DNA of 64,000 bases from the NCBI GenBank assembly GCA_963677925.2, contig CAXXYH010000003.1:768001-832000 (forward strand). Direction: 5' to 3'. Below, one piece after another: positions 39,275 to 50,262 of the stretch. A program made the position numbers and the translations under genes. Each line of letters opens with the position of its first letter. Within the stretch, counting starts at the first letter, position 1. This DNA is from Spirochaetia bacterium. GTDB taxonomy: Bacteria > Spirochaetota > Spirochaetia > UBA9216. A model generated the notes under the pieces. That model was given only the letters and a program-made list of their open reading frames with translations, was not told the origin of the DNA and did not search any database.

Positions 39275-41038
39275 TTGGCTGATATGAATATTTCAGAATG
39301 TACTCCGGATTTTGGCAGTTTTACAAAATCTTTTAAGAGTTTTATTCTTTCCGCCTCAGGCTACAGGAAGGTTTTCGCCGCAGATGGAAATGAAGAATCA
39401 TCTGCGGCTGAAATAAGCTCTGAAGATACTGCAGCTGCTGCTCTCATTGCATCAGAGTTTGCCGATTTCATAAAATCAAAAGGCGGAAAAACTGTTAGTC
39501 TCGGGACTGATGCCAGACCTACCGGCAGGACCATTGCCGGAGTAACCGCAGCAGTATTTCTTTCTAAGAAGCTGAAGGTTCTTTATTCAGGAATTACTGC
39601 AGCACCCGAGCATATGGCCTGGACCAAAACAGATCCAGCCATCGATGGATTTGCCTACATATCAGCCAGTCACAATCCTGTAGGTCATAACGGATTTAAA
39701 TTCGGGCTTTCCGATGGAGCTGTCATCGGCGGTACCGGCTCAGCTGAGCTAATTGCCTCCATAAGAAAAACAGCTTCCGATCCCGCCCGCTTAAAAGAGA
39801 TCTGCGGTTTAATCAATTCTATTTCAAAAGCCGATCTTAACGCTGTATTTGAATCTGAAAATGAAAACAAACTAAAGGCCGCAGCGGCCTACAGCGAGTT
39901 CAGTCTTGAAGTGATTACATCAGAACCTGCAGGACCCGCACGCGATGAAATTATCAATAAATTAAAATCAGCAGCCGGAAATATCGGTATTATTGCTGAA
40001 CTTAACGGTTCAGCCAGAGGCGTCAGTATAGACAGGGCTTTTTTCAGCTCTTTCGGCTTAAGCTCAAAGTTTCTGAATGACAGTCCCGGTGATATCGTTC
40101 ACCGGATAGTTCCGGAGGGTTCATCACTTAATCTCTGCAGAGAGGAACTTAAAAAGGCTCACGCTGAAGACAGCCGCTTCATCATGGGCTACGTACCCGA
40201 CAATGACGGGGACAGGGGTAACATAGTCTATTATTCCGATGTAAGCGGTAAGGCTGAAATCCTTGAAGCTCAGGAGGTTTTCGCACTTTCAGTGAAGGCT
40301 GAGCTGTCCTTTGCCAGGCGTCTGTATCCTGAAGCAAAACTCGCAGTTGCCGTAAACGGACCGACATCAATGCGTATCGAAGAAATAGCTGCTGATTACA
40401 GTGCAGAAGTATTCAGGGCAGAAGTCGGCGAAGCAAACGTGGTTAACCTGGCGGCAGAAAAGCGGGCTGAAGGCTATGAAGTCCGGATATTAGGCGAAGG
40501 TTCGAACGGAGGGAATATAACCCATCCCGCAACTGTAAGAGACCCTCTTAACACAATATTTGCAATCATCAAACTGCTGAGCCTCGACGGGTATAAAAGC
40601 ATCACAGAGGCTGTAAAAAGTCTGCCGGCATATACTACAACAAGCGCTTATGAACCTGAAGCAAAAATGAATATAGGCAAAATAACGCATTCCGAACTCA
40701 AAGCGAATTATGAAGCTGTTTTTCGTAAGGAATTCAAAGCAAAAATTGAATGGCTGAAGAGTAAATTCGGAATTTACAGTTGGGATGAGATTAACTATGA
40801 AGGAACCAGGGCTGTCACAGGCACCGGAAAAGAATGCCGAAGCGGTGCGGAAACCGGCGGACTGAAAATTATGCTGAATGACAGAAGCAACAACCCTGTT
40901 GCCTATCTGTGGATGCGCGGCTCAGGCACCGAACCTGTCTTTCGAGTTATGACGGACATCAAAGGCGATAAGCCTGAGCAAATGCATGAACTCCTGGACT
41001 GGCATCGGGCGATGGTAGCAGATTCCGCAAAAATATGA
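39275..41038 (+). CDS. Phosphohexomutase (PGM/PMM family)
   Basis: SASHNP, PDNDGDRG, GEGSNGG, RGSGTEP. Confidence 0.85.
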   Translation: MADMNISECTPDFGSFTKSFKSFILSASGYRKVFAADGNEESSAAEISSEDTAAAALIASEFADFIKSKGGKTVSLGTDARPTGRTIAGVTAAVFLSKKLKVLYSGITAAPEHMAWTKTDPAIDGFAYISASHNPVGHNGFKFGLSDGAVIGGTGSAELIASIRKTASDPARLKEICGLINSISKADLNAVFESENENKLKAAAAYSEFSLEVITSEPAGPARDEIINKLKSAAGNIGIIAELNGSARGVSIDRAFFSSFGLSSKFLNDSPGDIVHRIVPEGSSLNLCREELKKAHAEDSRFIMGYVPDNDGDRGNIVYYSDVSGKAEILEAQEVFALSVKAELSFARRLYPEAKLAVAVNGPTSMRIEEIAADYSAEVFRAEVGEANVVNLAAEKRAEGYEVRILGEGSNGGNITHPATVRDPLNTIFAIIKLLSLDGYKSITEAVKSLPAYTTTSAYEPEAKMNIGKITHSELKANYEAVFRKEFKAKIEWLKSKFGIYSWDEINYEGTRAVTGTGKECRSGAETGGLKIMLNDRSNNPVAYLWMRGSGTEPVFRVMTDIKGDKPEQMHELLDWHRAMVADSAKI

Positions 41039-41047
41039 TAAATTGCA

Positions 41048-42928
41048 GTGGTGGCAGGATTTTCGTCATCACGTGCAGCAGATTTCTGGTATGAAATAAA
41101 ATATTTTTTCTCCAGGTCGCTTAAAACAAAACTGATTATATTCTTTCTCTTCCTTGCATTTATTCCGACGCTTATCACCGGCTTGTTCTCCTTTAATCTG
41201 TCGTCAAGAATTGTCTACAGAATGGCGGTTGACTCGAGCAGTGAAATGATTGACAGGATATCTCAGGAGCTCGAAAATCTGTTCAGCGATACCATCTACT
41301 TTATGTATCATGTTCAGGACATCATGCCGCTGCAGCAGGGGCTGAGGGAGAATTTCGACACTCTCGAACAGCGATATCTGACAGACTTTAACGTAAGTTC
41401 AGAGCTTCACTTCATATCTGATTACAAAAAAGAAATATTCGGTATCTATGTTCTGGGCCTCAACAAAAGCAAATTCAAATCCAATTACTACACATTCAAT
41501 GATGATGATCTGAGGGATTCTCCCTGGTATAAAACAATATTTGAATCAAACCTGCTGACAGTTTCCGGTCCATACAGGGAATCCGCTGCAGTTAAGACTA
41601 CCCCGAACTGGAATATGGAGTTCTTTTCGCTTGGAATACCCTTTATAGACAGGCAGACAGGGCTTCGTACCGGAATCATTCTTGCAGAAATTGAGAAAAG
41701 AGTAATAAGACGAATTACAGATACAACATTCGGAAAGACAGGATATATCCTTGTCCTTGATAATAGAAACAATATCCTTATTTCGCCTGACAAATACGAT
41801 GAGCAGCCGGATTTATCCGCCCTTCCCTCCCTTAAACCCAGGAATTTTCAGGAGCTTATAGTAACAGAAAGATTTATTGGAACAGATGATGAAGAAGAGA
41901 CGTTTTTTCTCGACAGCGATGATTATCTTGTTCTGTTTCAGGTGCTGAAAATTCCGGGCTGGAAAGTCGTGGGAGTAATACCAAGAAATGAACTTAGAAC
42001 AGATAAGGACAATATTCTCTGGGTTCTGCTTATTCTTCCACTGATCAGCTGTATACTTGCCGGGTTTGCAGCGGTAAAAATATCCTCAGGTATTGTAAAA
42101 CCTGTCTACCAGATGAGTTCTCTTATGAAGAAGGCCGAGGGAGGAAATCTACAGGTCAGAATGACCGAAATGGGAAATGATGAAATTGGACAGCTTGGGA
42201 GAAGCTTCAACGTCATGGTAGAAAAACTTGATGATCTGATGACCCAGATTTACTCCAGTCAGGCAAAAATTCGAAAAACTGAACTTCAGCTTCTTCAGGC
42301 ACAGATAAATCCGCATTTTCTTTATAATACGCTGGATGCAATAAAATACCTGGCTAAACGAGGTGAAAATGAAGGGGTTGTGCGTATGGTTGTATCACTA
42401 GCTAAATTCTTCCGCAGCAGCCTCAGTAAGGGTATGGCAGTTATCACAATAGAAGAGGAACTGGAACGCATAGAGCATTACCTTACTATTTTAAAAATAC
42501 GCTACAGTAATAAATTTGAGTATATGATTAATCTTCCCCCCGAGCTTAGAAGCAGAAAGATTCTAAAACTGCTGCTTCAGCCCATAGTTGAAAACGCAGT
42601 TTACCACGGCATTAAAGAAAAATCTGAACCAGGACACATTCTGATTTCGGTACAGCAGGTGGATCGCAACATTGTTATCATGATTAAGGACAGCGGTAAC
42701 GGAATGACAGAAGAAAAGCTTGAAGAGCTTAGGAAGTCAATCCGAAGAAGAACTTTCGCAGACAGGGAAAACTACGGGCTTCGGAACATTCAGGAAAGAA
42801 TTGAAATATTTTTCGGTCAGGGATACGGTCTGGAGTTCAGCAGCAGATACGGTGAAGGTACAGAAGTTAGAATAATAATACCGGCTTTCAGCGAGGAGTT
42901 GATAAATGATCAAAGTAGTAATAGCTGA
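41048..42928 (+). CDS. YesM-type sensor histidine kinase (Cache/HAMP)
   Basis: Two TMs, DEIGQLGRSFN, QAQINPHFLYNTL, LQPIVENA, YGLRNI. Confidence 0.92.
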   Translation: MVAGFSSSRAADFWYEIKYFFSRSLKTKLIIFFLFLAFIPTLITGLFSFNLSSRIVYRMAVDSSSEMIDRISQELENLFSDTIYFMYHVQDIMPLQQGLRENFDTLEQRYLTDFNVSSELHFISDYKKEIFGIYVLGLNKSKFKSNYYTFNDDDLRDSPWYKTIFESNLLTVSGPYRESAAVKTTPNWNMEFFSLGIPFIDRQTGLRTGIILAEIEKRVIRRITDTTFGKTGYILVLDNRNNILISPDKYDEQPDLSALPSLKPRNFQELIVTERFIGTDDEEETFFLDSDDYLVLFQVLKIPGWKVVGVIPRNELRTDKDNILWVLLILPLISCILAGFAAVKISSGIVKPVYQMSSLMKKAEGGNLQVRMTEMGNDEIGQLGRSFNVMVEKLDDLMTQIYSSQAKIRKTELQLLQAQINPHFLYNTLDAIKYLAKRGENEGVVRMVVSLAKFFRSSLSKGMAVITIEEELERIEHYLTILKIRYSNKFEYMINLPPELRSRKILKLLLQPIVENAVYHGIKEKSEPGHILISVQQVDRNIVIMIKDSGNGMTEEKLEELRKSIRRRTFADRENYGLRNIQERIEIFFGQGYGLEFSSRYGEGTEVRIIIPAFSEELINDQSSNS

Positions 42929-44426
42929 TGATGAGCAGCTTTTCAGAGAAGGCCTGGTAGCTGATGTAAACTGGGACAGGATAGGTATGTCGGTTGCCGG
43001 ACTTGCATCCGACGGCAGGGAAGCCCTTGAGATGGTAAGGATGCATAAGCCTGATATAGTAGTAACGGATATCAGAATGCCCTACATCGACGGGCTTGAG
43101 TTTATATCGGAAGCAAAAGAAATTAAACCTGATATTCACTTCATTATAATAAGCGGCCATGATGAATTCGAATACGCCAGAAAGGCAGTCAGGCTCGGAG
43201 TCTCTGAATTCCTTCTAAAACCGCTTGATGATTATGAACTGGAGAACGCTCTTCTCAAAAGAAAAGAACTTATAGACAAAAACAGAAAAACAAGCATAGA
43301 AAATACCCTCCGTGATATCCTTCTCAGACTTGAAAAGAGGGCGGATTTCAACAGCAGCGATAACTTCCGGATAATTGTGATACAGATGGATGATTATAAT
43401 ACATCCACCGGAAATGCAGAGGATTTCTACAAATGTCTGGAAAGGCATACAGCTTCCGCAGAAAATATCTTTGTACTTGAAAGAAGAAACGGCGAACTTA
43501 TAATCACTGTTTCAGCACCTAACGGGTCGCTGCTGGCTAAAAATACAAGAAATCTTATAAAAACCCTTAGAGGTGATGATTTCTGCAGCAAGTATTCAAT
43601 TACCATAGGGATTGGAGACCCGGTAGAGGGCATCGAAAACCTTAACACATCACGCATCACTGCAGAAAATGCAGTATCAAGAAAATTCCTGAAAGGAAAG
43701 AACATGACCTTCTTCCATGAAGATCATGAAGATGAAAAGCTTGAGGAAAATACCGAATCAAATGCCTTCGATTACAGTATTATCCTGTCCGCTCTAAAAA
43801 CCGGAAATGCCGAGGAGCTGGGCAGCTGCATAGAATCGCTCATCAAGAATACGGCAAGAATGGGCAAGGACTCATTTGCCTACGGACTGATGATAACCGG
43901 AAATATATTTTCTGAATCTCTTAAAATAGTGGATCTTGCAGGCGGCTCATCAGCTGAACTTTTTGAAAATGCCATGGAAGTCTACCGGCAGATTACTTCG
44001 CGTCCAACCATGGAAGAGATGTTCAACGAATTGAAAAAGAATCTGAGCATGATTATGTCATATCTTTCAATGAGGCGCGGCGGAAGCCAGCAGCTCCTGC
44101 TCGACAAGGTAATTGCCCACATGAAACAGAATCTGTCGGACAGTTCCTTAAGTCTTCAGGGCACTGCGGATAAATTCAACATCAGCAGCGGCCATTTGTG
44201 CAATATTTTCAGCAACTACGGTGATGAAACCTTCAAGGAAATGCTTACCAGATTTCGAATTCAGAAAGCCCAGGATTTGATTGCCGCATCAGATTTCATG
44301 ATTTATGAAATATGCTATGAAGTCGGCTACAACAATCCTGCATATTTCAATTCTGTATTTAAAAAACAAACAGGATTGAGTCCCGGAGCCTATAAAAAGA
44401 AAATTACAGGCGGAAACCTTAAATAA
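42906..44426 (+). CDS. YesN-type response regulator (REC plus AraC HTH)
   Basis: IADDE, TDIRMP, FLLKP, VGYNNPAYFNSVFKK. Confidence 0.92.
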   Translation: MIKVVIADDEQLFREGLVADVNWDRIGMSVAGLASDGREALEMVRMHKPDIVVTDIRMPYIDGLEFISEAKEIKPDIHFIIISGHDEFEYARKAVRLGVSEFLLKPLDDYELENALLKRKELIDKNRKTSIENTLRDILLRLEKRADFNSSDNFRIIVIQMDDYNTSTGNAEDFYKCLERHTASAENIFVLERRNGELIITVSAPNGSLLAKNTRNLIKTLRGDDFCSKYSITIGIGDPVEGIENLNTSRITAENAVSRKFLKGKNMTFFHEDHEDEKLEENTESNAFDYSIILSALKTGNAEELGSCIESLIKNTARMGKDSFAYGLMITGNIFSESLKIVDLAGGSSAELFENAMEVYRQITSRPTMEEMFNELKKNLSMIMSYLSMRRGGSQQLLLDKVIAHMKQNLSDSSLSLQGTADKFNISSGHLCNIFSNYGDETFKEMLTRFRIQKAQDLIAASDFMIYEICYEVGYNNPAYFNSVFKKQTGLSPGAYKKKITGGNLK

Positions 44427-44518
44427 TTATAAGAATTTGTTAAATAACTGAATTTACACCTCAATTTCACAGTCATATAATCTCAACACTAATCCAGTTA
44501 CAATTTTTCGGAGATGAT

Positions 44519-45028
44519 ATGGCTAAAAAAAAGAATATCTTATATTCCGCCGATTCTCTTCTGACTACTGTTTTTTTCATAGTACTGATCTTCTTACTTA
44601 GTATGCAGATTTTCCTGCGTTATGTAGTAAATAAATCAGTCAGCTGGTCAGAAGAAGTGTCGAGATGGTTTTTTATATGGATTATCTACTTCGGCTGCAT
44701 GCTTGGTGCCAGAGAAGATAAACATATCAGAGTTACAGTTCAGCTGAATAAACTTCCAGTGAAAATACAGAAAATAGTAATTACCATTGGTGATATTATC
44801 TGGACAGTATTCTCACTTGTTATGGGAACCCTGGGGGTAATGATGGTTGCTGAAATGTTTGAATTTCCTATCCGTTCCAATACAACCGGAATCAATATGG
44901 TAGCTATTTACGCAATTATTCCGCTGTCCTTTATCACAATGGCGGCCTGGGTAATTGTTAATATGATTCGAAGACTGAAAAGTCATGATGATTTTGAAAT
45001 CACTGACTCCAGACTTGGTGTGGATTAA
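44519..45028 (+). CDS. dctQ: TRAP small permease
   Basis: RYVVNKSVSWSEEVSR, HIRV. Confidence 0.9.
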   Translation: MAKKKNILYSADSLLTTVFFIVLIFLLSMQIFLRYVVNKSVSWSEEVSRWFFIWIIYFGCMLGAREDKHIRVTVQLNKLPVKIQKIVITIGDIIWTVFSLVMGTLGVMMVAEMFEFPIRSNTTGINMVAIYAIIPLSFITMAAWVIVNMIRRLKSHDDFEITDSRLGVD

Positions 45029-45037
45029 GGGAGTTAA

Positions 45038-46321
45038 GTGATGGTTATACTTATAATTACGGTTATTTTCATTGTTGCCCTGCTTGCAGGTGTTCCTGTT
45101 GCAGTTTCTCTCGGTGTTGCATCAATTACCGGATTTCTTATGGCCGGTATGCCTCTGAGCTATATGGCGCAGACTGCATTCGACGCCGTGAATGATTTTA
45201 CAGTTATAGCAGTTCCAATGTTCGTTCTTGCAGGTTCCATTATGGAAAGAGGAGGCCTGACGGAACGGCTTGTCGGTTTTGCACGCGCTGTAATAGGTAA
45301 TGTCTCAGGCGGGCTGGCAATGGTTGCAGTTCTGGCTTGCACACTTTTTGCTGCAATTTCCGGTTCCGGTGTTGCCACCACAGCAGCAATCGGTGCAATG
45401 CTTATTCCAACAATGGTAAATGAAGGCTACAAGAAAGAGTTTGCAGGTGCGGTAACTGCCTGCGCAGGCGGAATCGGTGCGGTAATACCGCCGAGTATCC
45501 TGATGATAATCTATGGGGTTTCGGCCGAAGCCTCTATTACAAGAATGTTCATCAGCGGTATTATTCCGGGTCTTATTCTTGGACTCTTTCTCATCCTGGC
45601 AGTTTTCTTTGTCAGCCGGAAAAGAGGCTACAAGTCCGGAACCGGCAAAGCAAGCAAAAAAGATCTGCTGAAGAGCATCTGGAATGCAAAATGGGCCCTT
45701 CTTGCTCCGGTAATTATTCTTGGAGGAATCTACACCGGAGTAGTTACAGTCACGGAGGCTTCTGTTATTGCAGTCCTCTACTCCCTGTTCATCTCAGTAG
45801 TAGTTTACCGTGATTATTCATGGAAGGAGTTCCGCAACTCTGTTGTGGATGCAACAAAGACATCAGGAACAGTTCTTATAGTTATGGCTACAGGAACCAT
45901 GCTTGGACGTCTGCTTTCAATCTATCAGATACCGCAGCTCACATCAGAATTCCTTATTACCCATATAAAGAATCCGATACTGCTTATACTCATGATAGAT
46001 TTTCTTCTCATTTTTATCGGTATGTGGATGGAAAGCGCTACACAGATTATTATTCTCACTCCGCTGCTGCTTCCTGTTGTAACCAGCCTTGGAATCGATC
46101 CGGTACAGTTCGGAATAATGTTTGTTATTGCCTGTGAAATAGGATTTGAAACACCGCCGCTTGGAATCAACCTTTTTGTGGCAAGTGAAATATCCAAATC
46201 CAGCATAGAAGGAATCAGTAAGGAAGCGCTTATCTTTGTCGGAGTCGAAAGTGCTGCCCTTATAATGGTGAGCTTAATACCGCAAATAACATCATTTCTG
46301 CCCAACCTTATTGGTATGTAG
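45038..46321 (+). CDS. dctM: TRAP large permease
   Basis: AVPMFVLAG, FAAISGSG, IPPS, TPPLGIN. Confidence 0.93.
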   Translation: MMVILIITVIFIVALLAGVPVAVSLGVASITGFLMAGMPLSYMAQTAFDAVNDFTVIAVPMFVLAGSIMERGGLTERLVGFARAVIGNVSGGLAMVAVLACTLFAAISGSGVATTAAIGAMLIPTMVNEGYKKEFAGAVTACAGGIGAVIPPSILMIIYGVSAEASITRMFISGIIPGLILGLFLILAVFFVSRKRGYKSGTGKASKKDLLKSIWNAKWALLAPVIILGGIYTGVVTVTEASVIAVLYSLFISVVVYRDYSWKEFRNSVVDATKTSGTVLIVMATGTMLGRLLSIYQIPQLTSEFLITHIKNPILLILMIDFLLIFIGMWMESATQIIILTPLLLPVVTSLGIDPVQFGIMFVIACEIGFETPPLGINLFVASEISKSSIEGISKEALIFVGVESAALIMVSLIPQITSFLPNLIGM

Positions 46322-46364
46322 CGGAAATGATTTTATATGAAATATAATATAAGAGGAGGATCTT

Positions 46365-47402
46365 ATGAAAAGAAGAACAGGTATTATCCTGTTAACAGCA
46401 GCATTAATTTTCAGCATTGCTGCAGGTAACGTTTTTGCAGGAGGAGATCAGGAAGCTTCATCAGGAGCAGCTGATTCCGGAAAAGTTTACACACTTAAAC
46501 TCGCTCACGGTGTTACTACTTCAGACCCGCTTCAGCCGGCTGCCGAAAAGTTCAAGGAACTTGTAGAAAGCTATACTGAAGGAAGAGTAAAAGTTGAACT
46601 CTATCCTAACGGACAGCTTGGTGATGAGCAGGAAATAGTTCAGTCACTCCGATCAGGCGCTATTGAAGCCGGTATTGTTTATACAGGTAATGCTCAGTCA
46701 CTTGCACCTTCAATCGGTGTTGTTATGCTTCCCTACCTTTTCAAAAACAGTGAAGAAGCATGGTACGCACTTGATGCAGTTGTTCCCGGAATGAACGAAA
46801 GAATTATCAAGGAAGCAGGAATCAGAAACCTCGGTTTCTTTGAAAAAGGATTCAGAGTTCTTACCAATTCTAAAAAACCTGTAGAGACTATTGATGATCT
46901 TAAGGGTCTTAAAATCCGTGTAAGTCCTTCAGAACTACCCATAAAGACTTTCAAGTCCTGGGGAATAGATCCGGTTCCCATGGCATGGGGTGAAGTATTT
47001 ACCGCACTTCAGCAGGGTGTAATTGACGGACAGGAAAACCCTTATACAACTATTCCAGCTGTTAAGTTCGAAGAAGTTCAGAAATACGTAACAGAAATTC
47101 ACTATATGCTTTGGACAGGACCACTTCTTATCAGTGAAAAATTCTACAGCAAACTTCCTGCAGATCTTCAGGAACAGGTAGCAAAAGCCGGAAAGGATGC
47201 AGTAACCTGGGAAAGAGCATTTGCAGCAGGTCTTAAGGACGAAGCTATAAAGAAGTGTATCGATGCAGGAATGATTCTCAGCGGTGCTCCTAAAGATGAA
47301 GAAGTGTGGCAGCAGAATGCTCAGTCAATCTGGCCTGATTTCTACGATGGCGTAGGCGGAAAAGCCTGGGTTGATGAAGCTCTCGGAGTAATGTTCGAAT
47401 AA
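46365..47402 (+). CDS. dctP: TRAP substrate-binding protein
   Basis: Signal peptide, LKGLKIRV, EVFTALQQGVIDGQEN. Confidence 0.93.
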   Translation: MKRRTGIILLTAALIFSIAAGNVFAGGDQEASSGAADSGKVYTLKLAHGVTTSDPLQPAAEKFKELVESYTEGRVKVELYPNGQLGDEQEIVQSLRSGAIEAGIVYTGNAQSLAPSIGVVMLPYLFKNSEEAWYALDAVVPGMNERIIKEAGIRNLGFFEKGFRVLTNSKKPVETIDDLKGLKIRVSPSELPIKTFKSWGIDPVPMAWGEVFTALQQGVIDGQENPYTTIPAVKFEEVQKYVTEIHYMLWTGPLLISEKFYSKLPADLQEQVAKAGKDAVTWERAFAAGLKDEAIKKCIDAGMILSGAPKDEEVWQQNAQSIWPDFYDGVGGKAWVDEALGVMFE

Positions 47403-47417
47403 TCAGAATTAATTTAT

Positions 47418-47451
47418 AGCATCCGTCGGCTCTTCCGACGGATGTTTTTTT
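47418..47451 (+). terminator. Intrinsic terminator
   Basis: CATCCGTCGG-5-CCGACGGATG followed by T7. Confidence 0.85.
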
Positions 47452-47511
47452 CTTGCAGACTATATAAACCTGTGTTACGGTTAGACAATACATCAAAAAT
47501 GCAGGTTTAAT

Positions 47512-49318
47512 ATGAAAATTTATCCAACTTCAATAATCCACATCACACTATCGATCTTGTTTCTGTTAATTCCATCCACCTATGGTTTTTCCCAGGAAAA
47601 ATCAAGAGTCGCAATTCTTCCATTTGAAGCAAGAGAAGTCTCCCAGTCAGAATCACAGGTAATAACAGAACTTTTTGAAACTGCATTAGTGAAAACAGGT
47701 GTCTATAATATTATCGAACAAAACCAAATTGAAGCCATTGCTGAAGCTCAGGCGTACTCTCTTTCCGGTTGTGTTGACGATTCATGCGCAGTTGAAGTAG
47801 GAAAACTTCTTTCTGCTGAATTGATTGTGATCGGAACCATTTCAAAAGTTGGGAATAAATATATAGCAAATTCCAAGATAATTGATGTTGCCCTGGGAAA
47901 GAATATAAAGGCTGATTCTGTCTCTGCAGATAATCTGGCAGAAATGACTGAAACAAAAATCAGTTTTCTTGCATTTAAACTTGCAGGTCTGACTTATTCT
48001 GAAAATGGAAATGAACAGATAGCCTCTAATTTCGGTGAAATATATGTCGGCACAGACCCACCCGGTGCTGAAGTCTTTGTTAACGGTATGCGTAGAGGAA
48101 CAAGTCCAATGGTGGTAGAGAAAATTCCTTTCGGACAGGTAGTTGTCAATGTAAAGAAAGGGAATATGGTAGCCGAAGGTTCGATCACTATCAATTCCTC
48201 AGATTTAATTGAACTTGATCTAAAATTAGAGGTCGCATTAGGACGTTTGTTTATAAAAAGCAATGATCAAAATCTTATAGTATCACTGGACGAAAGAGAT
48301 CTAGGAGTACTTGGAAGCGGAATATTCCGAGACATAGGCACAGGTGAACACATACTGTCTCTTCGGGGTGAGGGCATGTATTATGAAGAAAGAATCACTA
48401 TAGACGAAGGTAAAAAGGACAACTATTGAGGCATATCCTAGTCCCATAGGTAAAATTTCATATAAACTTCCCGAGGGAGTTCAACTCTCAGTGACAGGAG
48501 GCAGAAACAGTTATAAAAATCTTCAAGGCTCTGGTGAATTAGAAAATGTTTTCACAGGAAGATACAAGCTTAATTTTATCCCTCAGAATGTCTCATTTCC
48601 CGAAGATGAATTACTACTCCTGAAAGGTTCAACATTATCAATTATTCCCGAAGAATATTTCAGGGAGAAAGTTGATAGTATCAACCGAAGCATGAAATCT
48701 CAGGATGACAATTTTTTTAAACTAAACACACAAGCAGCAGAACTGGAGAACGATCTGCATCTGCTTGGTGAAGCAGGAATCAAATACTCAGGAACTGATT
48801 CTATAATCCAGACAATGAAACAGCAATTACAGCTGTATGGGGATATTAAAAGTAAGAGGAATGAATTAAGCGGAATAAATGAACAATTAAGTTCATTAAA
48901 GTCAGAACGTGAAAATATCGAACCTTATTTTAAGAGTGCTAATTTCCAAAAGAATATATATCCATGGATATCAATACCTATCGGCACTGGTTTCCTTGGA
49001 TTAGGTTTTTATACAATAATAGCATCTGCAATAGAAGGATATGATCTTGAGGTTTCAACTATAGTTATTGGAGTAGGAGGTGTCGGTCTGGGAATTACCG
49101 GGCTTGTAACTGGAATTGTATTTGGTGCAGACACATTTGAAGATCCTGGCCCATCTGTTGCATCTGAATACCGTTCTGAAATTATTAAAAAGGGACAAAG
49201 TTTAAATAGATGGCCTGAAATCCAGAATGAAGAACGTGTTCTCACTGAAAAGAAATTTATAGTTGAAAACGAATTAAGCATACTTGAGAATGAATACAAC
49301 ACAGAATATGCGGAGTAG
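47512..49318 (+). pseudogene. Exported CsgG/TolB-N-like plus PEGA-domain membrane protein, split by a +1 frameshift (or a sequence error)
   Basis: GCVDDSCAVEVGK, TDPPGAEVFVNG; deleting one A in AAAAA (48412-48416) joins ORFs 47512-48429 and 48491-49318. Confidence 0.65.
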
Positions 49319-49389
49319 CTATAATTTTCTCCTTTGTGCGGGACATTTACTGTATTTTGAAAAGAATCTACGAACAGTAAGATGAAAAT

Positions 49390-49426
49390 AAAAAAGGGCT
49401 GACTTCTATGGAGTCAGCCCTTTTTT
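49390..49426. terminator. Bidirectional terminator
   Basis: AAAAAAGGGCTGACT-7-AGTCAGCCCTTTTTT. Confidence 0.85.
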
Positions 49427-49440
49427 ATAATATTCTATTA

Positions 49441-50259
49441 TTACCAGCCGCCGGAAGCTCCGCCCCCGCCAAAGCCTCCTCCGCCTCCGGAGAATCCTCC
49501 GAAACCGCCGCCCCCGCCGAAGCCGCTGCTTCCGCCAAAGCCTCCGCGATGAGATCTGCCCGAAGATCCGAGCATAGAACCCCAGAAAAGTGCCGACCAC
49601 AGACTTCCGCGCCGTCCTCTTCTGCCTCCACGCCCGCCTCTACCGATAGAGGACAGGATTATAAAAATAATAAATACAATAAATCCGAACGGAATACCGC
49701 CTCCGCTGCTGGATGAAGAACTCTGTGTTTTTCGGTATTTAGCCAGCTCTTCTTCTGAAATGTCGGAAGTTTGTGTAATAACACCGCTTACCCTTGTAAC
49801 GGCAGCGTATAAGCCTCCGGCATAATCACCGTTCCTAAAGTAAGGAAGCATAACTTCACGGATAATATATCCTGATTTAGCATCAGTCATGACACCTTCA
49901 AGACCGTATCCAACCTCAATTCTGACTTTCTTCTCTCCGGTAGACAGTAAAATCAAAAGACCGTTATCCCTGTCAGCCTGTCCTAGCTTCCATGTTTCTG
50001 CAACCTTCAGCGAATACTCTTCTATAGAAGTGCCTTCAAGACTTTTAACTGTCAGAAGTGCAACCTGAGCAGAGGTGGAACTTTCCAAATCAACAATAAT
50101 CTTCTCTATTTCAGTTTTCTGCGAACGTGAGAGAACTCCTGCATCATCTACAACCGGACCGTCAAGTTTAGGAATGCTCAGACCGAACAGTACCGGCCCC
50201 GTAATAAAAAGAAGTAAACAGACTGCAAGGATTGTTCTAATTTTAATTTTTATTCTCAT
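49441..50259 (-). CDS. TPM-domain protein (YgcG-like) with Gly-rich tail
   Basis: VVDDAGVL, WKLG..DNG, RIEVGYGLEG, FGGGGASGGW. Confidence 0.9.
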   Translation of the reverse strand: MRIKIKIRTILAVCLLLFITGPVLFGLSIPKLDGPVVDDAGVLSRSQKTEIEKIIVDLESSTSAQVALLTVKSLEGTSIEEYSLKVAETWKLGQADRDNGLLILLSTGEKKVRIEVGYGLEGVMTDAKSGYIIREVMLPYFRNGDYAGGLYAAVTRVSGVITQTSDISEEELAKYRKTQSSSSSSGGGIPFGFIVFIIFIILSSIGRGGRGGRRGRRGSLWSALFWGSMLGSSGRSHRGGFGGSSGFGGGGGFGGFSGGGGGFGGGGASGGW

Positions 50260-50262
50260 ACG

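Noticed and set aside
49406-49716. Ala/Ser-rich and Arg-rich short ORFs
   Set aside because: Alternate-frame and antisense readings of the Gly-rich tail of the TPM protein; not a repeat array
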